From NCBI GenBank assembly GCA_006226495.1, contig SBGU01000004.1, positions 38,766 to 62,765 of the forward strand: 24,000 nt of DNA. The letters run 5' to 3'. The notes below the pieces were generated by a model that was not told where the DNA came from, did not search any database, and worked only from the letters and a program-made list of their open reading frames with translations. The stretch comes from Alphaproteobacteria bacterium. GTDB lineage: Bacteria; Pseudomonadota; Alphaproteobacteria; Sphingomonadales; Kordiimonadaceae. Below, piece by piece: positions 1 to 7,738 of the stretch (position 1 is its first letter; every line of letters starts with the position of its first letter). The position numbers and the translations under genes were made by a program.

Positions 1-17
1 TGCTGAAGCTGAATTTT

Positions 18-467
18 GTGGGCCGCGCGGCCCGTCTGGTTGCGGTTGCCGGTGTTCTGGGCGGTGTAATGGGTGGTGCGCACAGTGCGCTCGCACAGGA
101 TAACGAACAGGTTGAAGGTTTCTGGGTGAACGGCGACGCCAATGCGGTGGTCGAGATTGCGCCCTGCGGCACGTCGTCGAAGCGCCTGTGCGGCACGCTG
201 GTATGGCAGGCCGACGGCACGGCCAAGGACCTCGCGGTTGGCGCCGAGCTTCTGAAAGGCTTCCGCCCGGTGGCCGACCACTGGGAAAAAGGCAAGGTGA
301 CGGATGTTGCCACCGGCCGCACCCTGGATGGCAAGCTGCATCCGCAGGAAGACGGCAGCCTGAAGATCAGCCAGTGCCGCGGCGGCCTGTGTACCTACAG
401 CAACTGGCAACGCCCGAGCCGCGACATGGCGGCCCTGCAGTCCTTCTTTGAAAAAACCGGGCGCTGA
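18..467 (+). CDS. DUF2147-like secreted/periplasmic protein
   Basis: 149-aa ORF with GTG at 18. The frame stays open to base 3, so the true start could lie upstream of the window. It has an N-terminal hydrophobic signal-like segment ending HSALA-QD. The pattern GFW..VEIAPCG..LCGTLVW...W.KGKV.D..TG...GKL...L.I..C.GGLC...W.R matches my recollection of DUF2147. A hairpin terminator follows. Confidence 0.6.
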   Translation: MGRAARLVAVAGVLGGVMGGAHSALAQDNEQVEGFWVNGDANAVVEIAPCGTSSKRLCGTLVWQADGTAKDLAVGAELLKGFRPVADHWEKGKVTDVATGRTLDGKLHPQEDGSLKISQCRGGLCTYSNWQRPSRDMAALQSFFEKTGR

Positions 468-482
468 CGCCGCCCGCGCATG

Positions 483-517
483 AAAACCCGGCGGGGCCCC
501 GTACCTGCCGGGTTTTT
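483..517. terminator. Bidirectional intrinsic terminator between convergent genes
   Basis: The stem pairs cccggc (487-492) with gccggg (507-512). It is flanked by aaaa (483-486) and ttttt (513-517). It sits between the stop of the + ORF (467) and the stop of the - ORF (521). Confidence 0.7.
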
Positions 518-520
518 GTG

Positions 521-1075
521 TCAGTAGGCGACGGCCACCACGGGCCGCGCGGGCAAAATGTCCAGTCCCGGGTCGCTGACGCCCCGGTACAGGATCACCG
601 GGCCGGTGTCCGCCTGCCGCGGGGCCCTGCCGCCCGGCCTGCCGGGGTTGGCCAGCACGCGGCGCATGCGGTCGATCAGCAGGCTGCGGGTCAGGGGCAG
701 GCCCAGGATGGTGTCCGCGCCCGCGCCCCGGCAGGCATGCGCCTTTTTCCGGTCCGGATCGGCGATCACCACAAATACATGGGACGATGCGGTGGCATTG
801 TCGCAGGTCCTGATGAAACGGGTCAGGGTCGGGCCCCCCATGTCCTGGATGTCATAATCGACAAAACACAGGTCGTATCCCACCCGTTCGATCAGCTTGA
901 AGGCGTCGAGGCTGTCGTTGGCCGAATGCAGGCCCGCGAGCCTGAGGCCGTGCAGGAAATGATAGACAATGTCCCTGAGCATGGGGTTCGAGAAAGCAAC
1001 AAGCGCACGCATGCCATGCAGTCGTGCTGCCGCCGCTGCGGCCTGGCTGTTTGCCGGTCGAACCCCGTCGTGCAT
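521..1075 (-). CDS. Degenerate CheY-like receiver-domain protein (paralog 1)
   Basis: 184-aa ORF. ATG at 1075 is preceded by GGGGAAGGA with 6-nt spacing. The receiver-like layout is ALVAFSNP...YDLCFVDYDIQDMGGPTLTRFIRT...VVIADP...ILGLPLT. The Asp at the acceptor position is present, but the N-terminal acidic pair and the beta5 Lys are replaced. It is a clear paralog of the next ORF. Confidence 0.7.
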   Translation of the reverse strand: MHDGVRPANSQAAAAAARLHGMRALVAFSNPMLRDIVYHFLHGLRLAGLHSANDSLDAFKLIERVGYDLCFVDYDIQDMGGPTLTRFIRTCDNATASSHVFVVIADPDRKKAHACRGAGADTILGLPLTRSLLIDRMRRVLANPGRPGGRAPRQADTGPVILYRGVSDPGLDILPARPVVAVAY

Positions 1076-1114
1076 TCTGTATCCTTCCCCCGTTGGGCCC
1101 GCCCGGGCCGCGCG

Positions 1115-1642
1115 TCAGTAATTCACCGCCATCACGCGGCGTGTCCCCGGTTCCGAAAGCCGCCGGTCATCGCCGCGAAAAAGCACCAGTTGGTCGCGCC
1201 GGCGGCAGGGGCCGGTAAAAGACGGCGTTTGCACAAACGGTTTGGGGTTCATCAGTGCATGATGCAGGCGGTTGTGCAGCAGGCCGGTGGTCAGTGGCAG
1301 GCCCAGGATTTCATGGGCGCCGGCATCGCGCGCGGCCACCACCCTGTCGCGGTCGGGCGCGGTCACCACCGTGAAAATCAGCGCCTGCGCGGTGGCATTG
1401 ACGGTGGTGCGCAGGAACCGGGTCAGGTCGGGCCCGCCCATGTCCTCAAGGTCATGGTCGACAAAACACAGGTCGTAACTGTTGCCTTCGGCCAGCCTCA
1501 GCGCTTCAAGGCTGCCCTTGGCGCAGTGGATATCCCCCACCCCCAGGTCGCCCAGGAAATGATAGATGATCCTGAGAAGCTGCGGGTTCGAAAAGGCGAC
1601 CAGTGCGGTCATGGCGGCATAGTCAGGTTTCAGTGTGCTCAC
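1115..1642 (-). CDS. Degenerate CheY-like receiver-domain protein (paralog 2) with Arg-rich C-terminal tail
   Basis: The ORF is open from the GTG at 1720. I prefer the GTG at 1642 because GGAGA lies 6 nt upstream; ATG at 1612 is another option. Receiver-like blocks are ALVAFSNP, YDLCFVDHDLEDMGGPDLTRFLRT, VVTAP and ILGLPLT. The C-terminal tail reads FTGPCRRRDQLVLFRGDDRR. The start codon is uncertain. Confidence 0.65.
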   Translation of the reverse strand: MSTLKPDYAAMTALVAFSNPQLLRIIYHFLGDLGVGDIHCAKGSLEALRLAEGNSYDLCFVDHDLEDMGGPDLTRFLRTTVNATAQALIFTVVTAPDRDRVVAARDAGAHEILGLPLTTGLLHNRLHHALMNPKPFVQTPSFTGPCRRRDQLVLFRGDDRRLSEPGTRRVMAVNY

Positions 1643-1822
1643 GGCTCGTCTCCAGGTGCTCGGTGGCGTTATGGTCCTGTTGTTGGGGCCTGATGCAACC
1701 TTGTGCGGCCGCTTTCCCACTTGCGGGGATTGCCGGAGAGATACGGAAATTAGGTGTTTGAAATCAAAGGTTTAATTGTAAAATTTTGTATCAGGATGTG
1801 TGCAGACTATACCGGGGCTGAC

Positions 1823-1853
1823 AAAAAAGGGCGGACCCGGCCGGGCCCGCCCC
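1823..1853 (-). terminator. Intrinsic terminator of the TraB/GumN gene
   Basis: On the minus strand, gggcgggcccgg/ccgggtccgccc forms a GC-rich hairpin (plus coordinates 1829-1852). It is followed by TTTTTT (plus aaaaaa, 1823-1828). It lies about 22 nt after the stop at 1875. Confidence 0.75.
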
Positions 1854-1874
1854 TGATGTCGCAACCATAAAGCC

Positions 1875-2816
1875 TTACTGGCGCACGGCCTCCAGGCCCA
1901 GGGCCGCCAGATGGTCCTGCACCGAGCCTTCACCCGCCAGGTGCCCCGCACCCACGGCAATGAATATCTTGCCCGAGCCGGCCATCAGGGCCTTGATCTG
2001 CAGGGCCCAGTCCTTGTTGCGCTCGGTGATCAGTTTGGCATAGAGCACATCCTGGTCCGCCCCCATGGAGGCCGCGATCTTGTCACCCAAACCGTCCGTG
2101 TCGCCCACACGCCAGTCGGCGATGATGCTGTCCAGAAGGTTCGGCTGTTCAACAAACTGGCGGATGCCTTCCTGATAGAAAAGCACTTCTTCTTCCATCG
2201 GCAGGTCGCCGAAGATGCGCAATTGCTGTTCGATGGTCTCGAACGCGCCCAGGGTCTTGCCGGCGGCCTTGGCTTCGGCCCACAGCAGTTTTTCAACGCC
2301 CGATTCCGGGTCGCCGCCGCGCGCCTGGATCTGCAGCGCCTGCAGGGTAACGCCGACAAGCCACGGGCGCAGGGCCGCGAACTGGGGCAGGGCTTCAGGC
2401 GGCATGCCCAGCATCTTGAAGGCAGTCAGCGTATTGGCCGTGGCTTCTTCGCCGATCAGGTCCACAAGCGGCGTGCCGGTGGTATTGACGCCATATTTCA
2501 TGATGAGCGGCTGCATTTTGGCCGGGTCCATGTCGTCGATCGGGGCCTCGACATAGAAGGTGTCGGCGGCCTCGAAGGCGGCATCGATCTTGGCGGTGCG
2601 CCACCGAAGCGACGGATTGAGCACATGCACGGTGCCAAACAGCCAGATTTCGCTGTCGGCGTCGCTCAGTTTCCAGAGCGCGGGGTTGGCCGCCTGTTCG
2701 GTGTCCGTGCCCATTTCGGCCTGGGCGAACGCCGGCAGCGCCGGCAGGGCCACAAACAACAGAAGCGGCGCAATGGTGCGGGCAAATGCCTGTTTCAGTA
2801 TGGTCAAGAATGTCAT
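1875..2816 (-). CDS. TraB/GumN family protein (secreted)
   Basis: 313-aa ORF with ATG at 2816. The signal peptide ends ...ALPALPAFA-QA. Family-typical blocks are WLFGTVHVL near the N-terminus and IFIAVGAGHLAGEGSV near the C-terminus. Confidence 0.75.
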   Translation of the reverse strand: MTFLTILKQAFARTIAPLLLFVALPALPAFAQAEMGTDTEQAANPALWKLSDADSEIWLFGTVHVLNPSLRWRTAKIDAAFEAADTFYVEAPIDDMDPAKMQPLIMKYGVNTTGTPLVDLIGEEATANTLTAFKMLGMPPEALPQFAALRPWLVGVTLQALQIQARGGDPESGVEKLLWAEAKAAGKTLGAFETIEQQLRIFGDLPMEEEVLFYQEGIRQFVEQPNLLDSIIADWRVGDTDGLGDKIAASMGADQDVLYAKLITERNKDWALQIKALMAGSGKIFIAVGAGHLAGEGSVQDHLAALGLEAVRQ

Positions 2817-3003
2817 TCAATATATTCCCGGAAGGGGCGCCCCGTGCCCGCAATCCGAAGAAAGCGGCCCGCGGCCAGAGTTCTCGTGATAGCCCGCCCC
2901 GCCGCCCCTTGTTCCGGCGGGCCACAGGCCAATGCAAGCTATGGCAGCAACCGGGCGCGGTTGGAAGCCATAAAAAATTCGGGTGTCGCGGGTGGCGCGG
3001 GGC

Positions 3004-4725
3004 TCAGTCGCCCAATTGTTCGCGCAGGGTGCGGGCGCAGGCGGCGGCAATCTCGGCCTGCAGGCGCAATTGCATGTTGCCGGTTTTCCTGCTGCCTTCA
3101 CCCAGCCGGCTCAGGGCTTCTTCGAGAAGGTCGAGCGTGCCCAGGATTTCGGCCTGGTGCGGCGGTACATCCAGCCGTTCGGGCGTTGCGGCGGCGGTTT
3201 CCTGCGCCGCCGTGGCGTTGGTCGGTGTGCCACTGGCCGGCATGGCACTGGCCAGGCTTTCGGCAACAATGCCGCTGACCGCGCTGCGCATGGCGTCGCC
3301 CAGCATGTCGGCCATGCCGGGTTTGGCGGTGGCGGACGCTTTCGGCGCTGCGGGCGCCTTGGCTTCGGGCAGGCCGGTGCGGATGGTCGGCGCTTCGGAC
3401 GCCAGCACACTGGCATGGTCGCTGAAACTTTGCGGATAGCTGTCGCTGGCCGGGGTAAAGGTCACACTGTCTGCGACAGCGGCCGGCGCGGGCGCCAGGT
3501 CGTCCAGGAACATGGGTTCGTCATCGACGGCAAATTCCGGCAGTTCGCCGCTGTCCCGCGCGGCGACAACCGGGGTCAGGGTGCCTTCATAACCTTCAAA
3601 CACACCGCCACAGGGGCTGAAAATCGGCGCGGCATCCAGGGTCCAGTGCCGGTGGCCGCGGGTCAGGTCATCCAGGCTGATCGGCGCATCATGGATGGCG
3701 CTGCGGCGCTGGAAAGCGCGCGAAACCGGGTGGCCAAGCTTGGTATTCAGGCCCAGGAGGTCAAGCATCGACGCGCCAACCACCATCGGCAGGCCGGCCA
3801 GAAGCTTGCGGCCATGGGGCGAGACGTCGGTCACGATACCGTCGCGGTCGGACCGCCAGGACCAGCCGCCGGGGCCGGGGTCGCGCAGCCGGTCGCGCAC
3901 AGCGGCGCTTTCGTCCATGGCCATATGGTCCGCGGTGCGTGCGGCGGGCGCCGCCGAGCCATCCTGCTCGTCGCCGGTGTCGTCGCTGTCGTTCGCGGCG
4001 GTGACGGCACTGTTTTCGGCCAGGCCGGGCGTCTTGGCGGCGCGGTCCGCCAGCAGGTCTTCGCCGCTCCTGAGGATACGCAGGCTGGCTGCTTTCTGGG
4101 TGCCGGTGTCGGGAGACACCGGTTGTGCCGCCGTGTCGCTGTCGGGATGCAGCAGGGTAACGGTGGCGGCGGGGCGGGCCCAGGTTTCTTCGGCGCTGAC
4201 GGCGTCGTGCGCGCCCAGGTCGTCGCGCCACAGCGCGAGGGTGGAGCGGCTGTCGAACGGCGGCGCCGCGGGGGCAGCGCGCGCCAGCGCGATCCAGACA
4301 TTGGCCGACAGATCGGCGCGGCTTGCCAGGATCTGGTGATGCTCGCGCCCGGTCATGCGGATCAGGTCGATGAAGGCGTCTTCGTCGAACGGCATGTTTT
4401 TCAGGAGCTCGGACACCAGGCTCGCCCGGTCGCGCGCGAGGCGCAGGCCAAGGTCCAGGGGTGGTGTCGACATGCGGGCGACAAGGTCGGCTGCGGTGCG
4501 GCGGCTTTCGGCCTCCACATGCGGGATCAGGGCTTCGATAACGTCCAGAAGCTGGGAGCGCGTGGGTTCGCGGGACGGGGCCTTGCTGGTCAGGAACAGG
4601 TCGACAAGGTTGCGGAACAAGGCGGTCCTGTCTTCGCCATCGCGTTCCCGCGCATAGGCGACCAGCTCCCTGATACGACTGTCCAGTGCGTTCATGTCGA
4701 ATGCCGACACTTTACCCACAACCAA
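3004..4725 (-). CDS. Hypothetical protein with an N-terminal DUF2336-like helical region and a central PAS-like segment
   Basis: 573-aa ORF from TTG at 4725; ATG at 4695 is an alternative start. The N-terminus (LVAYARERDGEDRTALFRNLVDLFL...AADLVARM...) resembles DUF2336 repeats from memory. The centre (WSWRSDRDGIVTDVSPHGRKLL...WTLDAAPIFSP.GGVFEGYEG) looks like a PAS fold. Ala/Pro/Asp-rich linkers are present. The family assignment is tentative. Confidence 0.5.
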   Translation of the reverse strand: MVVGKVSAFDMNALDSRIRELVAYARERDGEDRTALFRNLVDLFLTSKAPSREPTRSQLLDVIEALIPHVEAESRRTAADLVARMSTPPLDLGLRLARDRASLVSELLKNMPFDEDAFIDLIRMTGREHHQILASRADLSANVWIALARAAPAAPPFDSRSTLALWRDDLGAHDAVSAEETWARPAATVTLLHPDSDTAAQPVSPDTGTQKAASLRILRSGEDLLADRAAKTPGLAENSAVTAANDSDDTGDEQDGSAAPAARTADHMAMDESAAVRDRLRDPGPGGWSWRSDRDGIVTDVSPHGRKLLAGLPMVVGASMLDLLGLNTKLGHPVSRAFQRRSAIHDAPISLDDLTRGHRHWTLDAAPIFSPCGGVFEGYEGTLTPVVAARDSGELPEFAVDDEPMFLDDLAPAPAAVADSVTFTPASDSYPQSFSDHASVLASEAPTIRTGLPEAKAPAAPKASATAKPGMADMLGDAMRSAVSGIVAESLASAMPASGTPTNATAAQETAAATPERLDVPPHQAEILGTLDLLEEALSRLGEGSRKTGNMQLRLQAEIAAACARTLREQLGD

Positions 4726-4854
4726 AGCCCACTTCTGTTGTGACTCATCGCCTTCGTCGACGATGGTCCGCCGGCCGTCCCAGCCCGAAATTTATTTGTA
4801 AGTGGGGTGAAGATAGCTCCCGAATCACCCAGCGGGCTTATTCTACCCAAATCG

Positions 4855-4995
4855 CTCTATGATGCTAGTGATGATTAACATTAGAAATATTATTTTAGGA
4901 ATTTGGAACTTTATTTCCGAAAAATGCTTGGGTAGTATGCGCGACAGTGCCCCAACCCCGGGCCGTGTTAGCAGTATCTTTCAGGGAGTCAGTCT
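4855..4995. promoter_or_regulatory. AT-rich divergent control region upstream of lrp-family gene
   Basis: There is a sharp local drop in G+C (gatgctagtgatgattaacattagaaatattattttaggaatttggaactttatttccgaaaaatg) between divergent genes. GGAG lies 8 nt before the ATG at 4996. AT-rich imperfect dyads would suit Lrp-type autoregulation, but no site is called confidently. Confidence 0.35.
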
Positions 4996-5475
4996 ATGGG
5001 TCGTGTCAAGCTTGATGCCGTCGACCGCAAAATCCTGTCGTGCCTTCAGGCCGAAGGCCGCATCACCAACGTTGAACTTGCGGAACGTGTTGGCATCACG
5101 GCGCCTCCCTGTCTCCGGCGTGTTCGTGCGCTCGAGGAAGAAGGTTACATCAAGGGCTATCACGCCGACCTGGACCAGGAAGCCCTGGGCTATGGCCTGA
5201 CCGTGTTTGCCATGGTCGGCCTGCACAGCCAGGCGGAAAGCGACCTGCAGAAATTCGAGGAACAGTGCCTGGGCTGGCCCATGGTGCGCGAATGTTTCAT
5301 GCTGAACGGCGAGATCGACTTCATGCTGAAGATCGTGGCGCAGGATCTGGCCGCGTTCCAGAAGTTCCTGACCACCTCGCTGACCCCCGCGCCCAACGTG
5401 GCCAGTGTGAAAACCTCGCTGACCATCCGCACGTCCAAACACACACCCGGCGTGCCGCTGCCGCCGGTGGCCTAG
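4996..5475 (+). CDS. lrp: Lrp/AsnC family transcriptional regulator
   Basis: 159 aa. The N-terminal HTH (LDAVDRKILSCLQAEGRITNVELAERVGITAPPCLRRVRALEEEGYI) is followed by a RAM/AsnC_trans_reg-type C-terminal domain (...VFAMVGL...ECFMLNGEIDFMLKIVA.DL..F..F). Confidence 0.9.
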   Translation: MGRVKLDAVDRKILSCLQAEGRITNVELAERVGITAPPCLRRVRALEEEGYIKGYHADLDQEALGYGLTVFAMVGLHSQAESDLQKFEEQCLGWPMVRECFMLNGEIDFMLKIVAQDLAAFQKFLTTSLTPAPNVASVKTSLTIRTSKHTPGVPLPPVA

Positions 5476-5502
5476 TCGGGTAACTGGCTGGTGCGAAGCA
5501 CA

Positions 5503-5528
5503 AAGCCCGCTTGCAGAAGCGGGCTTTT
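5503..5528 (+). terminator. Intrinsic terminator after lrp-family gene
   Basis: A perfect 10-bp stem pairs aagcccgctt (5503-5512) with aagcgggctt (5517-5526). The loop is gcag, and the stem runs into TTTT (5525-5528). Confidence 0.8.
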
Positions 5529-5571
5529 ATATTTCCAGAGGATCGTTCCTGATGCTGGATGGAGGTTTTTC

Positions 5572-6081
5572 GTGAAGAAGATATTTGCGCTTTTGGCTTT
5601 TTTGTCGACCGTGCCTGTCCAGGCTGACGACACCGGGTTTACCGGCATCATGAGCATGCAATGCCCCTTTGGTGTTTGTATGGGGGCGTTGGCAAAGGAC
5701 TTTCAGAAGAAGCAGAGCCCGAATGAGCCCTGTGAGGAAGGCCTTTGTTTAGTGGCAAACGTGCCGAACCCTGTTCCGCCTTACTCGGACTATAGCGTTG
5801 TGTTCAATCATGAAGGTGCGGCCTGTGGTGTGATTGCCTCGATGTCGGCAAAAAAACAAAAAGCGGTTTTGAAAGAGTGGAGTTTTGCGGCCATGTATTA
5901 TTCTGGCCGCTACGGCAATCAACGCGATTTCGATGAGCGGACGATGACCACCACCTGGACGACGTTCGAAAGCGCCGAGGATGACGATCTGGCTATGGTG
6001 GTTCTGACAATCGGAAAAACCAAGGGTGCTTATCTTCTGACCGACGTGACCACGTTCAAGAACATCGACACCTGCCAGTAG
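5572..6081 (+). CDS. Secreted hypothetical protein (Cys-containing orphan, lower G+C)
   Basis: GTG at 5572 is preceded by GGAGG (5561-5565). The signal peptide reads VKKIFALLAFLSTVPVQA-DD. I recognise no family. Codon usage is visibly richer in A/T-ending codons than in the neighbouring genes. Confidence 0.55.
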   Translation: MKKIFALLAFLSTVPVQADDTGFTGIMSMQCPFGVCMGALAKDFQKKQSPNEPCEEGLCLVANVPNPVPPYSDYSVVFNHEGAACGVIASMSAKKQKAVLKEWSFAAMYYSGRYGNQRDFDERTMTTTWTTFESAEDDDLAMVVLTIGKTKGAYLLTDVTTFKNIDTCQ

Positions 6082-6211
6082 GGACGACGCCAAAAAATAA
6101 ACTGCCTGAATTGGTCACGCCAGCCCGGTCACTGACGGCATGGGCCAAACAGCCCTTGCTCTCCTGCCGTTTCCCGATGTTAAACTTGGCGCCGGACTAT
6201 GGGGCAGGGGC

Positions 6212-7045
6212 ATGAGTGTGGCGCTGAAACGGCCAATCCAGATTCTCTTGATGCTTTTCGTGATCGTGTCACCGGCCCTGCGGGCGCAGGCCGATGGTTG
6301 TTCGCGCACCCTCAGTGTCGGCTGGACCGACATTCCCCCGGCTTTCTTCCGCGGGCCCGACCGCGCGCCGGTCGGTGTCGATATCGACATCCTGAAGGCC
6401 GTGCTTGCGGCGGCCAATTGCCGGTTCGAGACACGTCACATGCCGTTCAAGCGTTACATCGAGGGTCTGCGGTTCGGCACGCTGGATATCGTGATGCTGG
6501 CCTCGAAGAACCCCGAGCGCGAACAATATGCCTATTTTTCGCCCGCCTACCGGCGCGAACGGATGGTGCTGTTCACCACGCCCGACCGGCAGGACCTGCT
6601 GGCAACCACCGACTTGGCGGCACTGTCCAGGTCCGGCGCCACCCTGGCCATCGGCCTTGGGGTCTGGCTCGGCCCGGATTTCGCAGCCCTTTATGATGGG
6701 GATGCGGCCTTCCGCGAAAAGGTGTTGCTGATCGACACCTATCCCGCCAGTTTGCGGGCGCTGCTGGCGGGCCGGATCGATGCCATGGTCGGCGACAGTG
6801 TCAGCGTGAATTACCGGATCAATGAAATGGAACTTGCGGGCTGGGTGGTGCAGGCGCCCCTGGTGGTGCATGACAATGACGTTTATTTCATGTTCAGCCG
6901 CAAGGCGGTGCCGCAGGCCGACGTGGACCGCATCAATGCGGCGCTCGATACCTTCATTGGCAGCCCCGACTATATGGGCATCCTGAACCGCTATCCCGTT
7001 GGCGACCCGGCGGACCTTGTTCCCACCACATTGGCCCGCGATTAA
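6212..7045 (+). CDS. Family-3 solute-binding (SBP_bac_3-like) periplasmic protein, orphan
   Basis: ATG at 6212 gives the signal peptide MSVALKRPIQILLMLFVIVSPALRAQA. Features typical of amino-acid-type binding proteins include LSVGWTDIPPAFF, VGVDIDILKAV, G.LDIVMLASKNPERE.YAYFS.AY and GRIDAMVGD. No permease or ATPase gene is adjacent. Confidence 0.65.
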   Translation: MSVALKRPIQILLMLFVIVSPALRAQADGCSRTLSVGWTDIPPAFFRGPDRAPVGVDIDILKAVLAAANCRFETRHMPFKRYIEGLRFGTLDIVMLASKNPEREQYAYFSPAYRRERMVLFTTPDRQDLLATTDLAALSRSGATLAIGLGVWLGPDFAALYDGDAAFREKVLLIDTYPASLRALLAGRIDAMVGDSVSVNYRINEMELAGWVVQAPLVVHDNDVYFMFSRKAVPQADVDRINAALDTFIGSPDYMGILNRYPVGDPADLVPTTLARD

Positions 7046-7070
7046 AAAAGCCCGCCGGTTGGGCGGGCTT
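7044..7070. terminator. Hairpin terminator between convergent SBP gene and greA
   Basis: The stem pairs aagcccgcc (7048-7056) with ggcgggctt (7062-7070). The A-run at 7044-7049 gives a strong U-tract on the minus strand for greA. The U-tract on the plus strand is weaker. Confidence 0.7.
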
Positions 7071-7096
7071 CTGGTGTTGGTTCCGGGCGCGGGGCC

Positions 7097-7570
7097 TCAG
7101 ATGAATTCGAGCTTCATGATCTCGTAATAGCGTTCGCCGCCGGGGGTCTTTACCTCGACCTCGGCACCCACCGTGCGGCCGATCAGGGCGCGCGCAATCG
7201 GCGACTGGTAGGAAATGCGGCCGGCCTTGACGTCGCCTTCATCCGCACCCACGATCTGGTACACGACTTCTTCGTCGTCTTCGTCCAAGAGGGTGACGGT
7301 GGCGCCGAACACGACCTTGTCGCCACTCAGGCTCGTGGGGTCGATCACCTGCGCGCGGCTCAGTTTGCCCTCGAGCTCCATGATGCGGCCTTCGATATGG
7401 CCCTGGCGTTCCTTGGCGGCATGATATTCGGCGTTTTCCGAGAGGTCGCCATGGGCGCGCGCTTCTTCGATAGCCTGTACGACCGAGGGACGTTCTACCG
7501 ACTTCAGGTTCTTGAGTTCCGCCTCCAAACGGCGGAAGCCCTCCATAAGCATGGGCACTTTTTCGTTCAT
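7097..7570 (-). CDS. greA: Transcription elongation factor GreA
   Basis: The 158-aa product from ATG at 7570 has AGGA upstream. It reads [23 protein letters not shown]...[20 protein letters not shown]...[15 protein letters not shown]. The upstream in-frame extension to 7678 is rejected. Confidence 0.93.
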   Translation of the reverse strand: MNEKVPMLMEGFRRLEAELKNLKSVERPSVVQAIEEARAHGDLSENAEYHAAKERQGHIEGRIMELEGKLSRAQVIDPTSLSGDKVVFGATVTLLDEDDEEVVYQIVGADEGDVKAGRISYQSPIARALIGRTVGAEVEVKTPGGERYYEIMKLEFI

Positions 7571-7642
7571 GAATCCCGTCCTGATTTCAGGGTTGCTTTT
7601 CTTCTTGTTCCCGTGGGCGGACCCGGTTGACCCTGGCCCGCA

Positions 7643-7676
7643 TAAAACAGGAGCGCCGACCCACGAGGGCCGGCGC
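7643..7676 (-). terminator. Probable terminator of the HxlR-family gene
   Basis: On the minus strand, gcgccggc/gtcggcgc forms an 8-bp stem with one G-U pair (plus coordinates 7653-7676). It is followed by the T-rich tcctgtttta. Confidence 0.45.
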
Positions 7677-7738
7677 AATCTCTTTTCCTTTAGACAAGTT
7701 TTGCCGGAAAATCAAGCCAGAAGCGGATTTGCGGCCGG

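Noticed and set aside
1741-1800. CtrA-box or FNR/FixK-box candidates in the AT-rich region upstream of the receiver paralogs (tttgaaatcaaa, ttacaattaaacc).
   Set aside because: The spacing does not fit TTAA-N7-TTAAC or TTGAT-N4-ATCAA. These are only short AT-rich dyads, which are expected by chance in an AT-rich promoter region.
518-4743. Long + strand ORFs at 518-1693, 1911-3278 and 2983-4743, together with nested ORFs in this span.
   Set aside because: Each lies antisense to a minus-strand gene with clear family features or a signal peptide (the receiver paralogs, TraB/GumN, the DUF2336-like protein). Their products are Arg/Gly/Ala/His-rich with no motifs.
7571-7678. An upstream in-frame extension of greA (193-aa version). 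The same issue arises for carB (to 12980), the M18 peptidase (to 23176), the HxlR gene (to 8506) and the SBP gene (from 6140).
   Set aside because: Conserved N-termini or signal peptides begin at the internal starts, which have Shine-Dalgarno sequences at proper spacing. The extensions have non-protein-like composition.
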